From Candidatus Micrarchaeota archaeon (GTDB taxonomy: Archaea > B1Sed10-29): a stretch of DNA of 64,000 bases. Positions within the stretch are counted from its first letter, which is position 1, and each line of letters begins with the position of its first letter. Under the pieces are notes generated by a model. That model was given only the letters and a program-made list of their open reading frames with translations, was not told the DNA's origin and searched no databases. Where the stretch lies: positions 1 to 64,000 of the forward strand of contig CAZOFO010000002.1 of the NCBI GenBank assembly GCA_964579265.1, given 5' to 3'. The translations under genes were made by a program, and so were the position numbers. Positions 18,852 through 29,845 of the stretch are shown one piece after another.

Positions 18852-20213
18852 ATGATTCAAATGGTTGATGAAGTTCTAGACAACTCAGAAAAAATAGTTG
18901 AAAAAATAACAAATGAGTCGGATTTATCAAAAGAAGAAGTAATGGAAAAGATAGAAGAAAAAAGAGAAAAATACGGAGGCCTACTAACAGAAGCAGGAGC
19001 AGCCTACTCAATAGCAAAAGACCTAGGGATAAAAGAAGAAGATTCAGATAAGAAAGAACTAAGAGGAACTGAAAAAATCAAAATAAAAGAAATAAATAAC
19101 GAACAAAAAAACGTAGATCTAGAAGCCCGAATAAAAAGAATATATGAAACTAGAGAATTTCAAAGAGAAGACAACAAAGGAAATGTAACTAATATAGAAA
19201 TAAAAGACGGAACAGGAGACATAAAAGCAACATTATGGAATAAAAAACCATTGATAGAAAAAATGGAAAAAAATACACCAATAGAAATAACTAATGGATA
19301 TGTAAAAGAGAGAAATGGAGATCTAGAAGTAAATGTAGGAAGTTATGGATCAGTAGAAATATTAGAAAACACCGAAATACCTGAAATAAACATCGAAGAA
19401 AAAAATATAGAAGAATTAGAACCTGAAATGGAAAACATAGATGTTTATGCCCGAGTAGAAAGAGTATTCCCAATAAATAAATTTACGAAGAACGAAGGAC
19501 AAGAAAACGAAAGAGAAGGAAAAGTTACTAATGCACTAATAAGAGACGGAACAGGGAAAACAAGACTAGTACTATGGGGAGAACAAGCAGAAAAAGTCCA
19601 AGAGCTTAATAAAAATGACCTTATAAAAATAGAAGGAGGATACACAAAAGACAGAGATAAATACAAAAGTGAAGATCAAATAGACACAGAAATACACGTA
19701 GGATGGAGAGGGAGGATAAAAATAAATCCAGAAAACACTGAAAAAGAAATACCAAAGATAGAAACAAAAAGAAAAACCATACCCGAAGTAAAAGAAATGG
19801 AAACAGGAGAAAACGCTTCGATAAAAGCAACAATAGTCCAAGCTTACGAACCAACAATCATACCAACATGCCCAGAATGCGGTTCAATGGCTAGAGAAAA
19901 AAAATGTAAAGAACACGGAGAAATAGAAGAACCAAAACACGTACCAATACTAAACATAGTAATAGACGACGGATCAGATACAATAAGAAGCACACTATAC
20001 AGAGAAAAGGCAGAAAAACTAATGGAAACAAAAGGAGAAGAACTAAAAGAAAACGAAGAAAAATTTAAAGAAGTAAAACAAAACATACTAGGACAAGAAA
20101 AAATATTCACAGGAAGAATAGAAGAAAATGAAGAATTCGACAGAAAAGAATTCACTATAAACTCCTTCCAAAAAATAGATGTCGAAGAAGAAATAGAAAA
20201 AATCAAAGATTAA
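18852..20213 (+). CDS. rpa: Replication protein A large subunit (multi-OB fold, Zn finger)
   Basis: GGLLTEAGAA N-terminus, repeated DGTG..LW OB folds, CPEC...CKEH. Confidence 0.88.
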   Translation: MIQMVDEVLDNSEKIVEKITNESDLSKEEVMEKIEEKREKYGGLLTEAGAAYSIAKDLGIKEEDSDKKELRGTEKIKIKEINNEQKNVDLEARIKRIYETREFQREDNKGNVTNIEIKDGTGDIKATLWNKKPLIEKMEKNTPIEITNGYVKERNGDLEVNVGSYGSVEILENTEIPEINIEEKNIEELEPEMENIDVYARVERVFPINKFTKNEGQENEREGKVTNALIRDGTGKTRLVLWGEQAEKVQELNKNDLIKIEGGYTKDRDKYKSEDQIDTEIHVGWRGRIKINPENTEKEIPKIETKRKTIPEVKEMETGENASIKATIVQAYEPTIIPTCPECGSMAREKKCKEHGEIEEPKHVPILNIVIDDGSDTIRSTLYREKAEKLMETKGEELKENEEKFKEVKQNILGQEKIFTGRIEENEEFDRKEFTINSFQKIDVEEEIEKIKD

Positions 20214-20284
20214 TACTCACAAATAAACAAAAAGAACGAAAACTAAAAAAATAATGAAGAACCTGAAAAATAAAGTGAACAAAA

Positions 20285-21232
20285 ATGACTGAAGAAATAA
20301 ATGAATTAGAAGACCTACCAGGAGTAGGAGAAGCAACCGCTGAAAAACTAAGAGAATCAGGATATAGAGACCTAGAATCAATAGCAGCAGCCTCAAGAGG
20401 AGACCTTGAAGAAAAAGCAGACATAGGAAAAAAAACTGCTCAAAAAGTAATAACAACAGCAAGAGAATCCTTAGATATAGGCTACGAATCAGCAAACGAA
20501 CTAATGGAAAAAAGAAAAAATGTAACTCATCTAACAACAAGCTCTGAAGAACTAGACGAACTTTTAGGAGGAGGAATAGAAACACAAGCAATAACAGAAG
20601 TATATGGATCAAATGCATCTGGAAAAACCCAATTATCCCTACAATTAGCAATAAACGCTCAAAAAGACAAAGAAGAAGGAGGACTAGGAAGAGGAGCACT
20701 ATACATAGATACGGAAAAAACCTTTAGACCAGAAAGAGTAAAACAAATGGCAGAAGCAGCAGACCTAGACCCAGAAGAAGCACTGGAAAAAATACAAGTA
20801 GCACAAGCATTCTCATCCGATCACCAAATATTACTTCTCGAAGAAGCTCCAAAAATAATAAAAGAAGAAAACATAGGACTAATAATAATAGACTCCCTAA
20901 CCGGAAAATTCAGATCCGAATACGCAGGAAGAGGACAATTAGCAGATAGACAACAAAAATTAAACAAACACCTACATAAACTGCAAGAAATAGCAGACGT
21001 ACATAACTTATCAGTATTAGTAACCAACCAAGTAATGAGCAACCCAGGAATGATGTTCGGAGACCCAACTACACCGATAGGAGGAAATATAGTAGGTCAC
21101 CAATCAACCACAAGAATCTATTTAAGAAAAGGAAAGAAAAACAAGAGAATAGCAAGACTTGTAGACTCACCATCATTACCCGAAGGAGAAGCAGTATTCC
21201 AAATCTCCTCAGAAGGAATAATAGATAAATAA
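20285..21232 (+). CDS. radA: DNA recombinase RadA
   Basis: LPGVG HhH, GSNASGKT, YIDTE, GRGQLADRQQKL. Confidence 0.97.
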   Translation: MTEEINELEDLPGVGEATAEKLRESGYRDLESIAAASRGDLEEKADIGKKTAQKVITTARESLDIGYESANELMEKRKNVTHLTTSSEELDELLGGGIETQAITEVYGSNASGKTQLSLQLAINAQKDKEEGGLGRGALYIDTEKTFRPERVKQMAEAADLDPEEALEKIQVAQAFSSDHQILLLEEAPKIIKEENIGLIIIDSLTGKFRSEYAGRGQLADRQQKLNKHLHKLQEIADVHNLSVLVTNQVMSNPGMMFGDPTTPIGGNIVGHQSTTRIYLRKGKKNKRIARLVDSPSLPEGEAVFQISSEGIIDK

Positions 21233-21254
21233 GAAATAATAAAGAGGTGAAAAG

Positions 21255-21497
21255 ATGTCCGAAAAGAAAATAAAACTATACTCAACACCCACCTGTGCAC
21301 ACTGTGGGAAAGTAAGATCAATACTAAAAGAAAAAAATGCAAACTACAAAGAATACAACGTAAAAAAGAACCTGGAAAAAAGAAAAGAAATGATAAGAGA
21401 AACCGGACAAAGATCCGTACCAGTAGTAAAAATAAACGATAAAACAATAGTAGGATCTAACACACCAAGAATAAAAAAACTACTTGACAAGATGTAA
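21255..21497 (+). CDS. Glutaredoxin/NrdH-like redoxin (CAHC)
   Basis: YSTPTCAHC, TGQRSVPV. Confidence 0.9.
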   Translation: MSEKKIKLYSTPTCAHCGKVRSILKEKNANYKEYNVKKNLEKRKEMIRETGQRSVPVVKINDKTIVGSNTPRIKKLLDKM

Positions 21498-21509
21498 AAA
21501 GGTGAAAAA

Positions 21510-21746
21510 ATGACTAAAGTAGAAGTATATTCCACACCAACATGCCCACACTGCGACAAAGTCAAAAAATTCCTAGAAGAGAACGATGTAGAATATACAG
21601 AATACAACGTACAGCAAAACCAGGAAAAAGCAAAAGAAATGATAAAAAAGACCGGACAAAGATCCGTACCAGTAACAAGAATAAACGGAGAAATAATAAT
21701 CGGCTCAAACATAGAAGAATTAAAAGAAAAACTTGATATTAAATAA
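21510..21746 (+). CDS. Glutaredoxin/NrdH-like redoxin (CPHC)
   Basis: YSTPTCPHC, TGQRSVPV; tandem paralog. Confidence 0.9.
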   Translation: MTKVEVYSTPTCPHCDKVKKFLEENDVEYTEYNVQQNQEKAKEMIKKTGQRSVPVTRINGEIIIGSNIEELKEKLDIK

Positions 21747-21757
21747 AACACCCATGA

Positions 21758-21943
<186 letters not shown>

Positions 21944-21954
21944 AAAAGAATAAA

Positions 21955-22383
21955 ATGAGAAATTACGAATTATTCCCCCACCCGGCAGACCAAGGGATAA
22001 GAGGATACGGAGAAACCTTAGAAGAAGCATTCCAAGAAATAGCAAAAGCACTACAATCAATAATGGCAGACCTAGATAAAGTAGAAAATAAAAAAACCAG
22101 TAAAATAAAAATAGAAGCAGAAGACACAGAATCGCTTCTAATAAAATGGCTAAATGAATTACTATATCTCTTTGATGTCAAAGGAACAATATACAAAGAA
22201 TTCAAAGTAAAAATAAACAAGGATAAAAAAGTACTAAAAGCCGAAGTAAAAGGAGAAGAATACAATATAGAAAAACATGGACCAGGAGACATAGTAAAAG
22301 CAATAACCTACAACGAACTTAAAATAGAAAAAAGAGAAGGTAAAAAACAAAGATGGATGGTTCAATGCGTAGTAGATATGTAA
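21955..22383 (+). CDS. Archease
   Basis: HPAD, GETLEEAF, WLNELLY, VKAITY; directly upstream of rtcB. Confidence 0.93.
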   Translation: MRNYELFPHPADQGIRGYGETLEEAFQEIAKALQSIMADLDKVENKKTSKIKIEAEDTESLLIKWLNELLYLFDVKGTIYKEFKVKINKDKKVLKAEVKGEEYNIEKHGPGDIVKAITYNELKIEKREGKKQRWMVQCVVDM

Positions 22384-22392
22384 GGTGAAAAA

Positions 22393-23835
22393 ATGAAACT
22401 AGAAGAAAAATTTGAAAAAATAGATAATTACAGATGGAAACTACCAAAAAAAGGAAAGATGAACGTTCCAAGCATATTCTTCGGATCAAAAGAACTAGTA
22501 AAAAACGTCATAAGAGATGAAAAAGTAGTAGAACAAATAAAAAACGTTTCAAAACTACCTGGAATACAAAAAGCTTCAATGGCAATGCCTGACGCTCACA
22601 GAGGGTACGGATTCCCGATAGGAGGAGTAGCTGCCTTTGACCCAGATCAAAAAGGAATAATATCAGCAGGAGCAGTAGGATACGATATTAGCTGCGGAGT
22701 AAGAGCAATGAATACAGGTTTAAAGAGAAAAGAAGTTAGAAAGAACATAAATGCTCTAGCAGAAACCCTATACAACATAGTCCCAGCAGGACTTGGAAGT
22801 AAAGGAGAATTAAAACTCAGCATAAAAGAAATGGACGAAGTACTAGAAGGAGGAGCAAAATGGGCAGTAGAAAAAGGATACGGAAATAAAAAAGACCTCA
22901 AACTTATAGAAGAAAACGGAAAAATGGAAAACTCAGACCCTTCAAAAGTATCAAAAAAAGCTAAAGAAAGACAGAAAAAAGAAGTAGGGACACTAGGATC
23001 AGGAAACCACTACTTAGAAGTTCAAAAAGTTACAGAAATACACGACAAAGAAAAAGCAGAAAAACTAGGAATAGAAAAAGACGATGTCACTGTAATGATA
23101 CACTGCGGATCAAGAGCTCTAGGACATCAAGTTGCAACGGACTACACTGAAAAAATGAAAAAAGCATCGAAGAAACACAATATAGATCTACCTGACAAAG
23201 AACTAGCTTCAGCACCCATAAAATCAAAAGAAGGACAGGAATACTTGAAAGCAATGAATTCAGCAATAAACCTCGCAGCAGCAAACAGACAAGTAATAGC
23301 AGGACTAACAAGAAGAGCCTTTGACCAAGTAATGCCAGAAGCAAAACTAGAAACAATATATGAAATTAACCACAACACATGCAAAAAAGAAACTCACAAA
23401 ATAAATGGAGAAAAAAGAGAACTATACGTTCACAGAAAAGGATCAACAAGATCATTCGGACCAGGTCACAAGATACTTCCAAATAAATACAAAGGAATAG
23501 GACAACCAGTCCTAATAGGAGGAACAATGGGAACATCATCCTACATATTAACAGGAACAGAAAAAGCAATGGACAAAAGCTTTGGATCAACCTGCCACGG
23601 CGCTGGAAGAACAATGAGTAGAAACAAAGCAAAACAAAAATTCTGGGGAGAAGACGTAGTAAAAAGACTGAAAAAAGAAAAAAATATCTTAATAAAAGCT
23701 CATTCAATGGCAGGAGCAGCAGAAGAAGCACCTGGAGCATATAAAGATATAGATAAAATTGCAGAATCAGTAGAAAAATCAGGACTAAGCAAAAGAGTAG
23801 CAAAAGTAGAACCAATGGCAGTTATAAAAGGATAA
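22393..23835 (+). CDS. rtcB: tRNA-splicing ligase RtcB
   Basis: MPDAHRGYGFPIGG, GYDISCG, LGSGNHY, HRKG, CHGAGR. Confidence 0.97.
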   Translation: MKLEEKFEKIDNYRWKLPKKGKMNVPSIFFGSKELVKNVIRDEKVVEQIKNVSKLPGIQKASMAMPDAHRGYGFPIGGVAAFDPDQKGIISAGAVGYDISCGVRAMNTGLKRKEVRKNINALAETLYNIVPAGLGSKGELKLSIKEMDEVLEGGAKWAVEKGYGNKKDLKLIEENGKMENSDPSKVSKKAKERQKKEVGTLGSGNHYLEVQKVTEIHDKEKAEKLGIEKDDVTVMIHCGSRALGHQVATDYTEKMKKASKKHNIDLPDKELASAPIKSKEGQEYLKAMNSAINLAAANRQVIAGLTRRAFDQVMPEAKLETIYEINHNTCKKETHKINGEKRELYVHRKGSTRSFGPGHKILPNKYKGIGQPVLIGGTMGTSSYILTGTEKAMDKSFGSTCHGAGRTMSRNKAKQKFWGEDVVKRLKKEKNILIKAHSMAGAAEEAPGAYKDIDKIAESVEKSGLSKRVAKVEPMAVIKG

Positions 23836-24231
23836 TTATTCTAATAAACTATCAAAAAAGAATAAATGACTATCACAACCACAATCAGTACATCCAAACC
23901 CATCTACCGAACCATCAGAAACCTTATCAATTTCAGAAGCAACATCACATTCATTTTTGTTTTGAGACGGAAACTCACTATAACCCCATAAATCAAAATT
24001 ATCAGAAACAATAAGATAATCGACGTGCCAATGAACAGAACCTTTGCCTGAGAAGAATAGTGACGCATGTCTATTAACACGAGTTTCGATAGATTGATTC
24101 TCCCCGAACGCAGAACCGATATAAACATAAACCCCTCTCGAAAAGAACTTCTTACCCAAAGAACCTACGATCAATTCAATATCTGAGAGATTTTCAAAGA
24201 TTAAACCATAACTACCTTTAATTTTCAACAC
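23836..24231 (-). CDS. GIY-YIG (DUF123-type) endonuclease family protein
   Basis: GVYVYIGSA, HWHVDYL, GFGCTDCGCDSHL. Confidence 0.85.
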   Translation of the reverse strand: MLKIKGSYGLIFENLSDIELIVGSLGKKFFSRGVYVYIGSAFGENQSIETRVNRHASLFFSGKGSVHWHVDYLIVSDNFDLWGYSEFPSQNKNECDVASEIDKVSDGSVDGFGCTDCGCDSHLFFFDSLLE

Positions 24232-24338
24232 CTCTAAAAACCCAATAAAAATTTATTATTAGTAAAGTTTTTAAAGAAAGCACTCTTAATTAGAAAAAGA
24301 AACAAAAAAATAAAAAATCAAAAAAATAGGAGATAAAA

Positions 24339-25088
24339 ATGGGAAGAGTAAAAACAGGCATAGAAGGTCTAGACGAAGCTTTACAAGGAGGAATACCTGA
24401 AAACAGAATGATCCTCTTATCAGGAGCAACAGGAACAGGTAAAACAATTCTCTCAATGCAATACCTAATTCAAGGAGCTAAAAACGGAGAACCAGGAGTA
24501 TTCATAACTGCAGACGAAAGACCAGACCACATAAGACAAGACATGGATAATTTCGGGTGGAATTTAGAAAAACTAGAGAAAGAAGGAAAACTAGCAATAC
24601 TCGACGCATCAGCAGCAAAAATAGGATACGCATCCGACGAAAAATACTCAGTACCACAAATAGGGCTAGACGTAGAAGAACTAATACTGAAATCAGTGGA
24701 CCTGATAAACAAAATAGGAGCAAAAAGAGTAGTATTAGATTCAATACCAGCAATAGGAATGAAAATGGAAGACGAAGCAGAGATAAGGAATACAATACTA
24801 AAAATGAACTACATGTTCGGAGAAGAAGATGTAACAGCAATAATGACCAGCGAAGTACCGGAACAAAACCTAAAAGTAGATAGAATGAAATTCAGCAAAT
24901 ACGATGTAGAAGCATACGTAGCAGACGGAGTGATAATGCTACACTACTTAGGAGTAGGAAGCGAATCAAACAGATCAATATTCATAAGAAAAATGAGAGC
25001 AACAGAACACACAGAAGATATCCTACCAATGGAAATAACGGAAAAAGGAATAGAAGTAAAACCACCTGAAAGAGGATACGAATACTAA
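24339..25088 (+). CDS. KaiC/RAD55-family single-domain ATPase
   Basis: TGIEGLD, GATGTGKT, VVLDS, IRKMRAT. Confidence 0.92.
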   Translation: MGRVKTGIEGLDEALQGGIPENRMILLSGATGTGKTILSMQYLIQGAKNGEPGVFITADERPDHIRQDMDNFGWNLEKLEKEGKLAILDASAAKIGYASDEKYSVPQIGLDVEELILKSVDLINKIGAKRVVLDSIPAIGMKMEDEAEIRNTILKMNYMFGEEDVTAIMTSEVPEQNLKVDRMKFSKYDVEAYVADGVIMLHYLGVGSESNRSIFIRKMRATEHTEDILPMEITEKGIEVKPPERGYEY

Positions 25089-25136
25089 AAACCAAGTAAT
25101 TCTACAAAACAAAAAGACAGCAAGAAGGCAAGGAGC

Positions 25137-26069
25137 ATGGACAGAAAAGAATTAGAACCAGTTGAAGACATAGACCCAAGAAAAATAAATTCTAAAGAAC
25201 TTATCAAACAATACGAAAAAAGCGGAGGATTCACAACAAACCTAATAGCAGAAGCAAGTAAAATATTAAAAGAAATAAAAGAAAAAGGAGAAAAAACACA
25301 TTTCTTTTTATCCTTCCCAGCATGTATAACAGCAACAGGAACGAGAGGAGTAATAAAAGAACTAGTAAAAACAGGAGAAGTAGACAGCATAATAACAACC
25401 TGCGGTACACTAGATCATGACCTAGCAAGAACCTGGAAAGAATATTACAAAGGATCATTTCAACTAAACGATAAAGAACTGAAAGAAAAAAAGATACAAA
25501 GACTTGGAAACATCCTAATACCAGAAGAATGCTACGGACCAGTAATAGAAAAAAATTTAAAACCAATACTAGAAGAAATAAATGAGGAACATAGAGAAAT
25601 ATCTACCAATACACTCGCAAAAGAGATAGGTAAAAAGATAGAAGACAAAAACAGCATCTTACACTGGACAGCAAAAAAAGACGTAAATGTCTACATACCA
25701 GGCATAACCGACGGAGCAGTAGGAACTCAAATATGGAGCTACCAACAAGATAAAGATCTAAAAATAGATATCTGGAAAGACGAAGAAGAACTAGCAGACA
25801 TAGTATTCGAAGAAGAAGATACCTCAGCCTTAATGATAGGAGGAGGAATAAGCAAACACCATGTAATATGGTGGAACCAATTTAAAGAAGGATTAGACAG
25901 AGCAGTATACATAACCACAGCACCAGAATGGGACGGGTCCCTATCAGGAGCAAGATTAAAAGAAGCAATAAGCTGGAAAAAACTTAAAAAACAAGCAAAA
26001 CACACAACAATCCCAGGAGAAGCCACCGCGATTCTACCAATACTTACCTCAGAATTCCTGGAAAAATAA
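25137..26069 (+). CDS. dys: Deoxyhypusine synthase
   Basis: RLGN, ITDGAVG, GGGISKHH, DGSLSGA..EAISW. Confidence 0.93.
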   Translation: MDRKELEPVEDIDPRKINSKELIKQYEKSGGFTTNLIAEASKILKEIKEKGEKTHFFLSFPACITATGTRGVIKELVKTGEVDSIITTCGTLDHDLARTWKEYYKGSFQLNDKELKEKKIQRLGNILIPEECYGPVIEKNLKPILEEINEEHREISTNTLAKEIGKKIEDKNSILHWTAKKDVNVYIPGITDGAVGTQIWSYQQDKDLKIDIWKDEEELADIVFEEEDTSALMIGGGISKHHVIWWNQFKEGLDRAVYITTAPEWDGSLSGARLKEAISWKKLKKQAKHTTIPGEATAILPILTSEFLEK

Positions 26070-26111
26070 AAAAGAAAGATAAAGTTTTTAAAGACAGAGT
26101 ACTTTCTTTAA

Positions 26112-26897
26112 ATGAAAAACAAGAGAGTGAATAAAATGGAGAGAGAACCAACAGGAATACCAGGAATGGATAAATTAATTGACGGAGGAATCCCAAAAAA
26201 ATCAGTTTCTCTAGTATCAGGATCCCCCGGAACAGGAAAAACCATATACTCCCTACAGTTCTTGAGAGAAGGAGCAAAAAGATACGACCAAAGATGCCTA
26301 TACATATCATTTGAAGAAGAACCAGAAAGCATAATCAAACAAGGAGAAGGATTCGGATGGGATCTAAAAGAACTTCAAGCATCAAAAAACTTTAAAATAA
26401 TATACAACGACATAACTAGAAGAACACTAGGAGAAAACGAATCATACCTAGACGTAATAAGAGGACAAATAGAGAGATACAAACCCGATAGACTAGCAAT
26501 AGATTCCTTAACAACACTATCAAACTTCCCAGTATCTTTTGAAGAACTCTCACAATACGGATTAGCAACAGATTTCGATAGATTCTCCCCAATAGGAATA
26601 CAACAAGACCTATTAATAAGACTACAAATGCACAAACTAATAAAAGTAGTCCGAAACGCAGACTGCACATCCCTACTGATATCAGAGATACAAAAAGGAA
26701 GCGAAGAAATGTCATCGGACAAAGTAAGTGAATTCCTAAGCGATAATGTCATTCTACTCAAATACCCAGGTGGAAATATAAAAAGAACTCTAAAAATAGA
26801 AAAAATGAGAGGAACAGACCACTACGAAGACGAAGCATCAATGGACATAACAGAAGACGGAATACAGGTCGAAAAAATAGAAGAACAATTCAAATAA
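26112..26897 (+). CDS. KaiC/RAD55-family single-domain ATPase
   Basis: TGIPGMD, GSPGTGKT, LAIDS, IEKMRGT. Confidence 0.92.
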   Translation: MKNKRVNKMEREPTGIPGMDKLIDGGIPKKSVSLVSGSPGTGKTIYSLQFLREGAKRYDQRCLYISFEEEPESIIKQGEGFGWDLKELQASKNFKIIYNDITRRTLGENESYLDVIRGQIERYKPDRLAIDSLTTLSNFPVSFEELSQYGLATDFDRFSPIGIQQDLLIRLQMHKLIKVVRNADCTSLLISEIQKGSEEMSSDKVSEFLSDNVILLKYPGGNIKRTLKIEKMRGTDHYEDEASMDITEDGIQVEKIEEQFK

Positions 26898-26946
26898 ACC
26901 TCAATCAAAACAATTAAACCCCAATCCTACATGTGTATACAGCAAA

Positions 26947-26959
26947 TGTAGTGCCTAAA
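26947..26959 (+). repeat. TGTAGTGCCTAA motif copy
   Basis: Exact copy, intergenic. Confidence 0.9.
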
Positions 26960-27048
26960 GTTTCCAAAAACAGCTTTAGTAACTGAATCAAAAACAAATC
27001 TAAAAATAATGCATAAAAAGTTTTAAACACCATCTACATAACTATAAA

Positions 27049-27954
27049 GTGGTGAACATGGCTTCGAAGAGAGTCAAAGACAAAAAAAGAAAATTGGCGG
27101 AGAAAGCAAGAGCAAAGAAATTACCCAGCAAAAAAGAACTTGATAAAAAAATGAAAAAGAGATTAAATGAAATCAAGAAAGAACAAGAAAAGATGAAGAA
27201 AAAATTCGCCAAAGAAAAAAAAGGAGGATTCAACTCATCTAAAGCTAGAAGGATGAGCTCAAAAAAAGAAGGAGTCAAAAAACCCAAGGAAATGAAAGAC
27301 GAAGTAGTAAAAAAAAGAGCAGAGAAAAGGTTAAAAAAATTAAGGGAAAAATCTAAAGATAAGATAAAGAACTTGAATAAAAAAGAAGGAGTAATAGCTG
27401 TTCTGCCATCACCCTACAAAGGTGAGGAAATAGTTCTGAGAAAGAGGGAAGTAGCGGATCATGTTGAAATAGAAGCAATGAGGAAAAAAGGAAAGGAAGA
27501 GGAAAAAATAGGATTTATAGGAGCTAGAGAATCTAAAGAGATGGGAGAAAAAATAATTGAAATACCAAGCATGAGAGTCGCAAGAGAATACAGAAAAGCA
27601 GGGATAGGAACAGCTCTGGACTCAGCACTCCAGCTGGAAATAGAGAAGAAGAAAGGAAAAGTTGATTATTCAATCCAACCTGCAGGGAGAGAAGGTAAAA
27701 AATTCTGGGAAAAAAGAAGAAAGAGAGGAAAAGAATTTGAAATAAAAAATAAAGATAAAAAAATAGATACTAAGAGTTCATTAAAAGAAATCAAAAAAGC
27801 AAGGGATCCAATCAAAAAAGCCAGTAAACTGGTAGAAGAAGGTAAAATACAGAAGAGGAACTATAAAGAAGTATCAGAAAAATTAAAGAAAGAAGGAAAT
27901 ACAATAATTGCTAAAGAAATAGAAACAATAATCGAAAAGCACCCTGCTATCTAA
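27049..27954 (+). CDS. Lys-rich hypothetical protein with a GNAT-like motif
   Basis: Highly basic N-terminus; MRVAREYRKAGIGTAL resembles GNAT motif A. Confidence 0.6.
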   Translation: MVNMASKRVKDKKRKLAEKARAKKLPSKKELDKKMKKRLNEIKKEQEKMKKKFAKEKKGGFNSSKARRMSSKKEGVKKPKEMKDEVVKKRAEKRLKKLREKSKDKIKNLNKKEGVIAVLPSPYKGEEIVLRKREVADHVEIEAMRKKGKEEEKIGFIGARESKEMGEKIIEIPSMRVAREYRKAGIGTALDSALQLEIEKKKGKVDYSIQPAGREGKKFWEKRRKRGKEFEIKNKDKKIDTKSSLKEIKKARDPIKKASKLVEEGKIQKRNYKEVSEKLKKEGNTIIAKEIETIIEKHPAI

Positions 27955-27992
27955 TTTTGTAGATTTAAGAAAATACCATTCTATAATCTCCG

Positions 27993-28005
27993 TGTAGTGT
28001 CTAAA
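27993..28005 (+). repeat. TGTAGTGTCTAA variant motif copy
   Basis: One mismatch from consensus, intergenic. Confidence 0.75.
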
Positions 28006-28044
28006 AGCCAACTATTAATAAAGTCATGAGAGAAAAAAATCTAG

Positions 28045-29070
28045 ATGATTAAAATGCAGAAACACATACAACTACCAAGCAACTTCTGGATAGGTAAAAA
28101 CGCGTTGGAAAATCTTGAAAAATACAAGGAAAAAAACACATTAGTAGTAACCGGGCCAACAACACGGAAAGTAGCCGGAGATAAAGCCGCTGAAATACTT
28201 GAAACAGATACGCTAATAGTGGAAGAGCCCACCACCAAAGAAGCAGAGAGAGTGGAAAAAGAAATCAAAGAAAACGATAAAGACATAGCCATAGCAGTAG
28301 GAGGAGGGAAAGTAATAGACGTAACAAAGTCCGGGAGTTACAGAGCAGGTAAAAAATTCATATCAATACCAACAACATTAGCCAACGATGGAATAGCAAG
28401 TCAAATGGCCTCATTACAAGAAAATGGAACTAGAGAATCAAAAAAAGCAGAAACTCCAGAAACAGTGATAGTGGACTCGGGAATAATAAAAAACTGCCCG
28501 TATGAACTTATAAGAGGAGGAGTCGGGGACACTTTATCAAACCTCACAGCAGTAAAAGACTGGAAACTCGGTCACATAGTAAAAAATGAATATTACGGAG
28601 ACTATTCATCCTCACTAACCAAAATGGTGGGAGAATTAGTGAAACAGAGATCGAAATCAATAAAAGAAAAAAATAAAGAAGGATTAAGCACATTAACAGA
28701 AGCACTAATATCATCAGGAGCAGCAATGGGAATAGCAGGAAGTTCAAGACCAGCTTCAGGATCAGCACATAAATTAAGCCATACTTTAGATAAAATAGCA
28801 GACAAACCAGCAATCCATGGAGAACAATGTGGAGTAGGAGCAATAGCAATGAAATACCTACAAGGAGGAAACTGGAGAGAAATAAAAAACGCTCTAAAAG
28901 ATGCTGAAGCACCCACTAACGCAGAAGAACTAGGAATAGAAAAAGAAACGATGATAGAAGCAATGGTGAAAGCGAAACAGATAAAACCAAAAAGATATAC
29001 AATACTAGAACATATAGACATAGATAGAGAAATAGCAAAAAACACGCTTGAAGCAACAGGAATAATATAA
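28045..29070 (+). CDS. egsA: sn-Glycerol-1-phosphate dehydrogenase
   Basis: GGGKVID, PTTLANDGIAS, SSRPASGSAH, HGEQCG. Confidence 0.95.
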   Translation: MIKMQKHIQLPSNFWIGKNALENLEKYKEKNTLVVTGPTTRKVAGDKAAEILETDTLIVEEPTTKEAERVEKEIKENDKDIAIAVGGGKVIDVTKSGSYRAGKKFISIPTTLANDGIASQMASLQENGTRESKKAETPETVIVDSGIIKNCPYELIRGGVGDTLSNLTAVKDWKLGHIVKNEYYGDYSSSLTKMVGELVKQRSKSIKEKNKEGLSTLTEALISSGAAMGIAGSSRPASGSAHKLSHTLDKIADKPAIHGEQCGVGAIAMKYLQGGNWREIKNALKDAEAPTNAEELGIEKETMIEAMVKAKQIKPKRYTILEHIDIDREIAKNTLEATGII

Positions 29071-29082
29071 AAAGGTGATAAA

Positions 29083-29838
29083 ATGGAAAAAAATACGACA
29101 GAAAAACTCAAAAACATCATTGAAAAGGAAGGAGCATGCCACTTGACCCTGATAGACCCTGACGAACAAAGCCCTAAAGAATCAGTTAAGATAGCAAAAG
29201 AAGCAGAAAAAGCAGGAACAGACGGAATAATGATAGGAGGATCAGGAGTAGACCAAGATGCAGTAAGAAAAACAAGTAAAAAAATAAAAGAATCTACAGA
29301 CATCCCAAAAATAATATTCCCAGGAGACACATCCAGCATAAACAAACACGCTGACGCAATATTTTTCATGTCTCTATTAAACTCAAGATCCAGATACTGG
29401 TTATCAATGGCCCAAGCATTTGGATCATTCAGCGTGAAAAAAGCAGGATTAGAGCCAATACCTCTTGGATACATAATACTTGAAACAAGCAATAAAACAA
29501 GTGTAGAATTCTACGGAGACGCAAACGTAATCCCAAGAGATAAACACAAAATAACAGCAGCATTCGCACTAGCAGCACAGTACATGGGAATGGAATTCGC
29601 CTACCTGGAAGGAGGATCAGGAGCAGCAGAACCAGTACCTAACAAGATGATAGGAATAACTAAAAAAACAGTTGATATCCCAATAATAGTAGGTGGAGGA
29701 ATAAGAGATAAAAAAACAGCAGCAGAAAAAGTGAAAGCAGGAGCAGATGTGATAGTAACAGGAACAATAGCAGAAGAAGCTGAAAATGTAGAGAAAAAAC
29801 TAAAAGAGATAGTAAAAGGAACAAAAGTAAATAAATAA
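29083..29838 (+). CDS. Geranylgeranylglyceryl-phosphate synthase
   Basis: HLTLIDPD, MIGGS, FMSLLNS, YLEGGSGA, VGGGIR. Confidence 0.95.
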   Translation: MEKNTTEKLKNIIEKEGACHLTLIDPDEQSPKESVKIAKEAEKAGTDGIMIGGSGVDQDAVRKTSKKIKESTDIPKIIFPGDTSSINKHADAIFFMSLLNSRSRYWLSMAQAFGSFSVKKAGLEPIPLGYIILETSNKTSVEFYGDANVIPRDKHKITAAFALAAQYMGMEFAYLEGGSGAAEPVPNKMIGITKKTVDIPIIVGGGIRDKKTAAEKVKAGADVIVTGTIAEEAENVEKKLKEIVKGTKVNK

Positions 29839-29845
29839 GAGAAAA

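Noticed and set aside
24339..26897. Circadian Kai system from two KaiC-like genes
   Set aside because: Single-domain RAD55-type ATPases are common in archaea; no kaiA or kaiB
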